NCBI GenBank assembly: GCA_044229975.1
Contig: JBGARZ010000007.1
Location: 288,001 to 352,000, forward strand
DNA length: 64,000 nucleotides
Direction: 5' to 3'
Source: Polyangiales bacterium
GTDB taxonomy: Bacteria; Myxococcota_A; Polyangia; Polyangiales; Ga0077539
Shown: positions 61,487 to 64,000 of the stretch, in pieces
How the letters are laid out: each line of letters starts with the position of its first letter
Numbering within the stretch: position 1 is the stretch's first letter
The notes under the pieces: model-generated
Told to the model about the DNA's origin: nothing
The model's input: only the letters and a program-made list of their open reading frames with translations
Database searches by the model: none
Position numbers and translations under genes: made by a program

Positions 61487-62215
61487 ATGCGCTTGCTGGT
61501 CGTCGCGGTCGCGCTGCTGGGATGCGCCGCGCGGCCGCCGCTCGCGGTCGTCGCGCGGGACTCCCCCGACGTCGGCGCCGTCGTTCGCATCCGCGGCACC
61601 GGCGCGTGCCTCGCGGTGCGCGTCGCTCCGGGCACGCTGCTCACCGCGGCCCACTGTGTCGTCGGCGTTCGCTCGCTCGGGGACATCCGCGTCGGCGCGC
61701 CGCCCCGCGCCGTGCGCCCGCCCCGCGTGCTCTCGTGCGCGCTGCATCCGACCAACGCGCCGCGCTTCGACCGCTGCGACGTCGACGACCACAACGCCCG
61801 CGGTCACCTCGGTGACGTGTGGGGCGACCTCGCGATCCTGCGCGTGGGGGATGATCCCGCGGGTGCTCCGGTGCTCCCGTCGTTGGAGTCGCTCGCCGAC
61901 CCGGAGTCGCTGGTGGGCCTCGACGCGTGGGTGATCTCCGACGACGCGCCTACCTGGATCGACGCGTCCGCGCCGCGCCCGGTGCGCAACCGGGTGACCT
62001 TCGCCGAGCAGGGCGAGGTGCGCACGGCGGGCGCCGATCGCGCGGACATCTCGACGCGACCCGGCGACTCGGGCGGTCCGTTGCTGATGCGCCGCGCGGG
62101 GCGCTGGGTGGTGGTGGGTGTCCTGTCGGGCGGGGCGAGCGACTACTCGCCGGACTCGCGCTTCGCACCGACCTTCGCCGTCGAGACGTCGGCGTGGCTC
62201 GCACGCTCCCGTTGA
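61487..62215 (+). CDS. trypsin-like (S1) serine protease lipoprotein
   Basis: Lipobox LLGC; catalytic triad motifs LTAAHC, DLAIL and GDSGGP. Confidence 0.9.
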   Translation: MRLLVVAVALLGCAARPPLAVVARDSPDVGAVVRIRGTGACLAVRVAPGTLLTAAHCVVGVRSLGDIRVGAPPRAVRPPRVLSCALHPTNAPRFDRCDVDDHNARGHLGDVWGDLAILRVGDDPAGAPVLPSLESLADPESLVGLDAWVISDDAPTWIDASAPRPVRNRVTFAEQGEVRTAGADRADISTRPGDSGGPLLMRRAGRWVVVGVLSGGASDYSPDSRFAPTFAVETSAWLARSR

Positions 62216-62254
62216 CCCAAGAGGGTTGTCGGAAAGAAAATTGTCGATTGGGCA

Positions 62255-62282
62255 TTGACCCGATATGGAAGTGCTGTAAGGT
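62255..62282 (+). promoter_or_regulatory. putative sigma-70 promoter of the tRNA cluster
   Basis: TTGACC, 16 nt, TAAGGT, with an A-rich UP-like tract upstream (GGAAAGAAAATT). Confidence 0.5.
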
Positions 62283-62441
62283 CGGCCTCGGTAACTGCCA
62301 TGACGACCAGGCCACACACGCAGAGGCGAAGGCGAGATGGAGAGCGCGAGCCGTCGCGCCTCGATCGCTCGGAAACCTGCGCTCCGGCCGTCTCGTAGCA
62401 GTACGCGACACGACGGAGCGCCACCGGCCCGAGCCGGAACC

Positions 62442-62517
62442 GCCACCGTCTTCTAACGGTAAAGGATGCTGGGCCCTCGACCCGGCGATGAGGGTTCAAA
62501 TCCCTTCGGTGGCACCA
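62442..62517 (+). tRNA. tRNA-Glu(CTC), atypical C33
   Basis: Acceptor GCCACCG/CGGTGGC, then A-CCA; anticodon arm CTGGG-CCCTCGA-CCCGG; T-loop TTCAAAT. Confidence 0.8.
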
Positions 62518-62547
62518 TCGGTCTCCCTTGTCGGGAGCACCGAGCGG

Positions 62548-62621
62548 GTTCTCATAGGTCAACCGGATAGACCGCTCGTTTCCTAAACGGGTTGTTGGAG
62601 GTTCGAATCCTCCTGAGAACA
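62548..62621 (+). tRNA. tRNA-Arg(CCT)
   Basis: Acceptor GTTCTCA/TGAGAAC; anticodon arm CTCGT-TTCCTAA-ACGGG; T-arm GGAGG-TTCGAAT-CCTCC; no encoded CCA. Confidence 0.88.
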
Positions 62622-62632
62622 CTGCCTTGTAT

Positions 62633-62705
62633 CCCCTGATGGTCCAGCGGTACGGACGCTCGCTCGTCGCGTGAGAAGCCCACGGTTCGACTCCCGGTCG
62701 GGGGG
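62633..62705 (+). tRNA. tRNA-Asp(GTC), degenerate (C33, mismatched T-stem), possible pseudogene
   Basis: Acceptor CCCCTGA/TCGGGGG with G73; D-arm GTCC/GGAC; anticodon arm CTCGC-TCGTCGC-GTGAG; T-stem imperfect. Confidence 0.65.
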
Positions 62706-62783
62706 CTGTCGATTGAATAGTGTGGGGAGAGGACATTGGCGTAGCGGTGAAGCGGACTTCAAGTGTCTTGAGTGACGTCGTGC

Positions 62784-62818
62784 CCGGCTGCCGTGGGTTT
62801 TCAACCCGCGGTAGCCGG
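62784..62818 (+). repeat. REP-like hairpin (family 2)
   Basis: CCGGCTGCCGTGGGTT-TTC-AACCCGCGGTAGCCGG; core matches the minus strand of 27421-27442. Confidence 0.7.
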
Positions 62819-62892
62819 ACGCAATGACCCCTTTGAAGGAGCATGACGTCCCCCATTGACCCCGAGGCCCCATCGCGAGTGCAATCACCCGC

Positions 62893-64000
62893 ATGGACAG
62901 CCGCCCTCCCGTCGTCGCGCGAGCCCTCACCTGCCTCGCCCTCTGCCTCTCGGTCGGCGTCGGCTGTGACGGTGGCAACTCCGTCGTCGGCGGCGCCGAT
63001 GCGGGTGACAACACCGTCGACGTGAAGCCCATCGACACCGGCTCCGTCGTCGACGTCACCGACCTCGGTGCGACCGACGTCGTGGTCGATGTCCCCGGCA
63101 TGGACGCCGCCCTCGATGTCCCCTTCGACGCGCCCACCGATGTCGCTGCCGACGTCGCCGCCGACACGCCCGATGTCCCCACGCGCTGCATGGGCAACGG
63201 CGACTGCGCCGGCGACGCCACCCGCCCGGTCTGCGACACCGTCTCGGGTCGCTGCGTGGTCTGCACCGGTGCCGACCCGGGCGCCTGCTCGACCGCCGAG
63301 CACTGCGACTCGACGGCCAACGTGTGCGTTCCGGGCTGTCGCTCTGACGAGGGATGCGTCGCGGGCGACGGTGGCGTCGGTCCCGACGGCGGAACCGGTC
63401 GCTGCGACACCGAGCGCCACGTCTGCGTCGAGTGCAGCACCAACGCCCAGTGCGGCGCCGGTCGCCTCTGCGTGGGCAACGTGTGCGTCCCCGGGTGCAA
63501 CGACACCCAACCGTGCTCCGCAGGGCAGACCTGCTGCGCCGGTGCGTGCGCCGACCTCCAGACCAACCTCACCAACTGCGGCACCTGCGGAACCGTCTGC
63601 CGCACCCCCAACGGCACCCCCACCTGCCTCAATGCGATGTGCCAGGCGGGGACGTGCGGTGAGGGCTACGCCGACTGCAACCGCTCCAACGCCGACGGCT
63701 GCGAGGTCTCCCTCAACACCGACCTCACCAACTGCGGCACCTGCGGAACGGTGTGCCCCACCCCTGCCAACGCCAGCGCCTCCACCTGCGTGAGCGGCCG
63801 CTGCGGGTACACCTGCGCGCCCTCCTTCGCCGACTGCGACACCACGGCCGCCAACGGCTGCGAGGCCGACCTGCGCGTCAACGTCGCCCACTGCGGCGCG
63901 TGCGGGGTCGCCTGCCCGCCTCGCGACCACGCTCCCACGGGCGTCTGCGCGGCGGGGCGCTGCGACGTGGTGTGCGAGGCCAGCTACGGCAACTGCGACA
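62893..64000 (+). CDS. Cys-rich repeat lipoprotein (3' end runs off the window)
   Basis: Manual translation MDSRPPVVARALTCLALCLSVGVGC-DGGNSVVGG; DV/DA linker; repeated NCGTCG..C and ADC....DGCE units. Confidence 0.85.
   Translation, partial: MDSRPPVVARALTCLALCLSVGVGCDGGNSVVGGADAGDNTVDVKPIDTGSVVDVTDLGATDVVVDVPGMDAALDVPFDAPTDVAADVAADTPDVPTRCMGNGDCAGDATRPVCDTVSGRCVVCTGADPGACSTAEHCDSTANVCVPGCRSDEGCVAGDGGVGPDGGTGRCDTERHVCVECSTNAQCGAGRLCVGNVCVPGCNDTQPCSAGQTCCAGACADLQTNLTNCGTCGTVCRTPNGTPTCLNAMCQAGTCGEGYADCNRSNADGCEVSLNTDLTNCGTCGTVCPTPANASASTCVSGRCGYTCAPSFADCDTTAANGCEADLRVNVAHCGACGVACPPRDHAPTGVCAAGRCDVVCEASYGNCD

Noticed and set aside
62725..62780. Fourth tRNA (TGGCGTAGCGGTGAAGCG resembles a D-arm)
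   Set aside because: No T-arm or acceptor pairing could be built; at most a remnant.

Overview
GC-rich bacterial DNA; the many lipoproteins with Asp/Ala/Val/Gly/Pro linkers and Cys-rich repeats suggest Myxococcota (inference). In order, the window holds: a GAF-sigma54 activator; an ergothioneine/thiol cluster (egtB-egtD, two GSTs, an osmoprotectant-family ABC importer, TauE); several lipoproteins and a pirin; a Ser/Thr kinase; a B12 mutase operon (icmF-mutA-mutB-meaB); a two-gene restriction-modification pair; an FG-GAP lipoprotein; an orphan contractile-injection spike locus; a MerR + VIT/vWA operon; a family B DNA polymerase; a trypsin-like protease; and three atypical tRNA genes. The strongest novel candidate is a split VgrG. 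The vgrG gene stops just after the gp5 OB-fold and is followed by a terminator-like hairpin. Three tandem paralogous genes in the adjacent DUF3540-DUF4150-DUF2169-pentapeptide operon begin with the motif that normally follows that point and end in beta-strand-like repeats. They may supply a separately encoded, possibly heterotrimeric or exchangeable spike. Also notable are two ~230-270 bp REPIN-like palindromes with compensatory changes, and an AGG-rich leader ORF in front of a tRNA-Arg(CCU) cluster. All family assignments come from motif recognition by eye, not from database searches.
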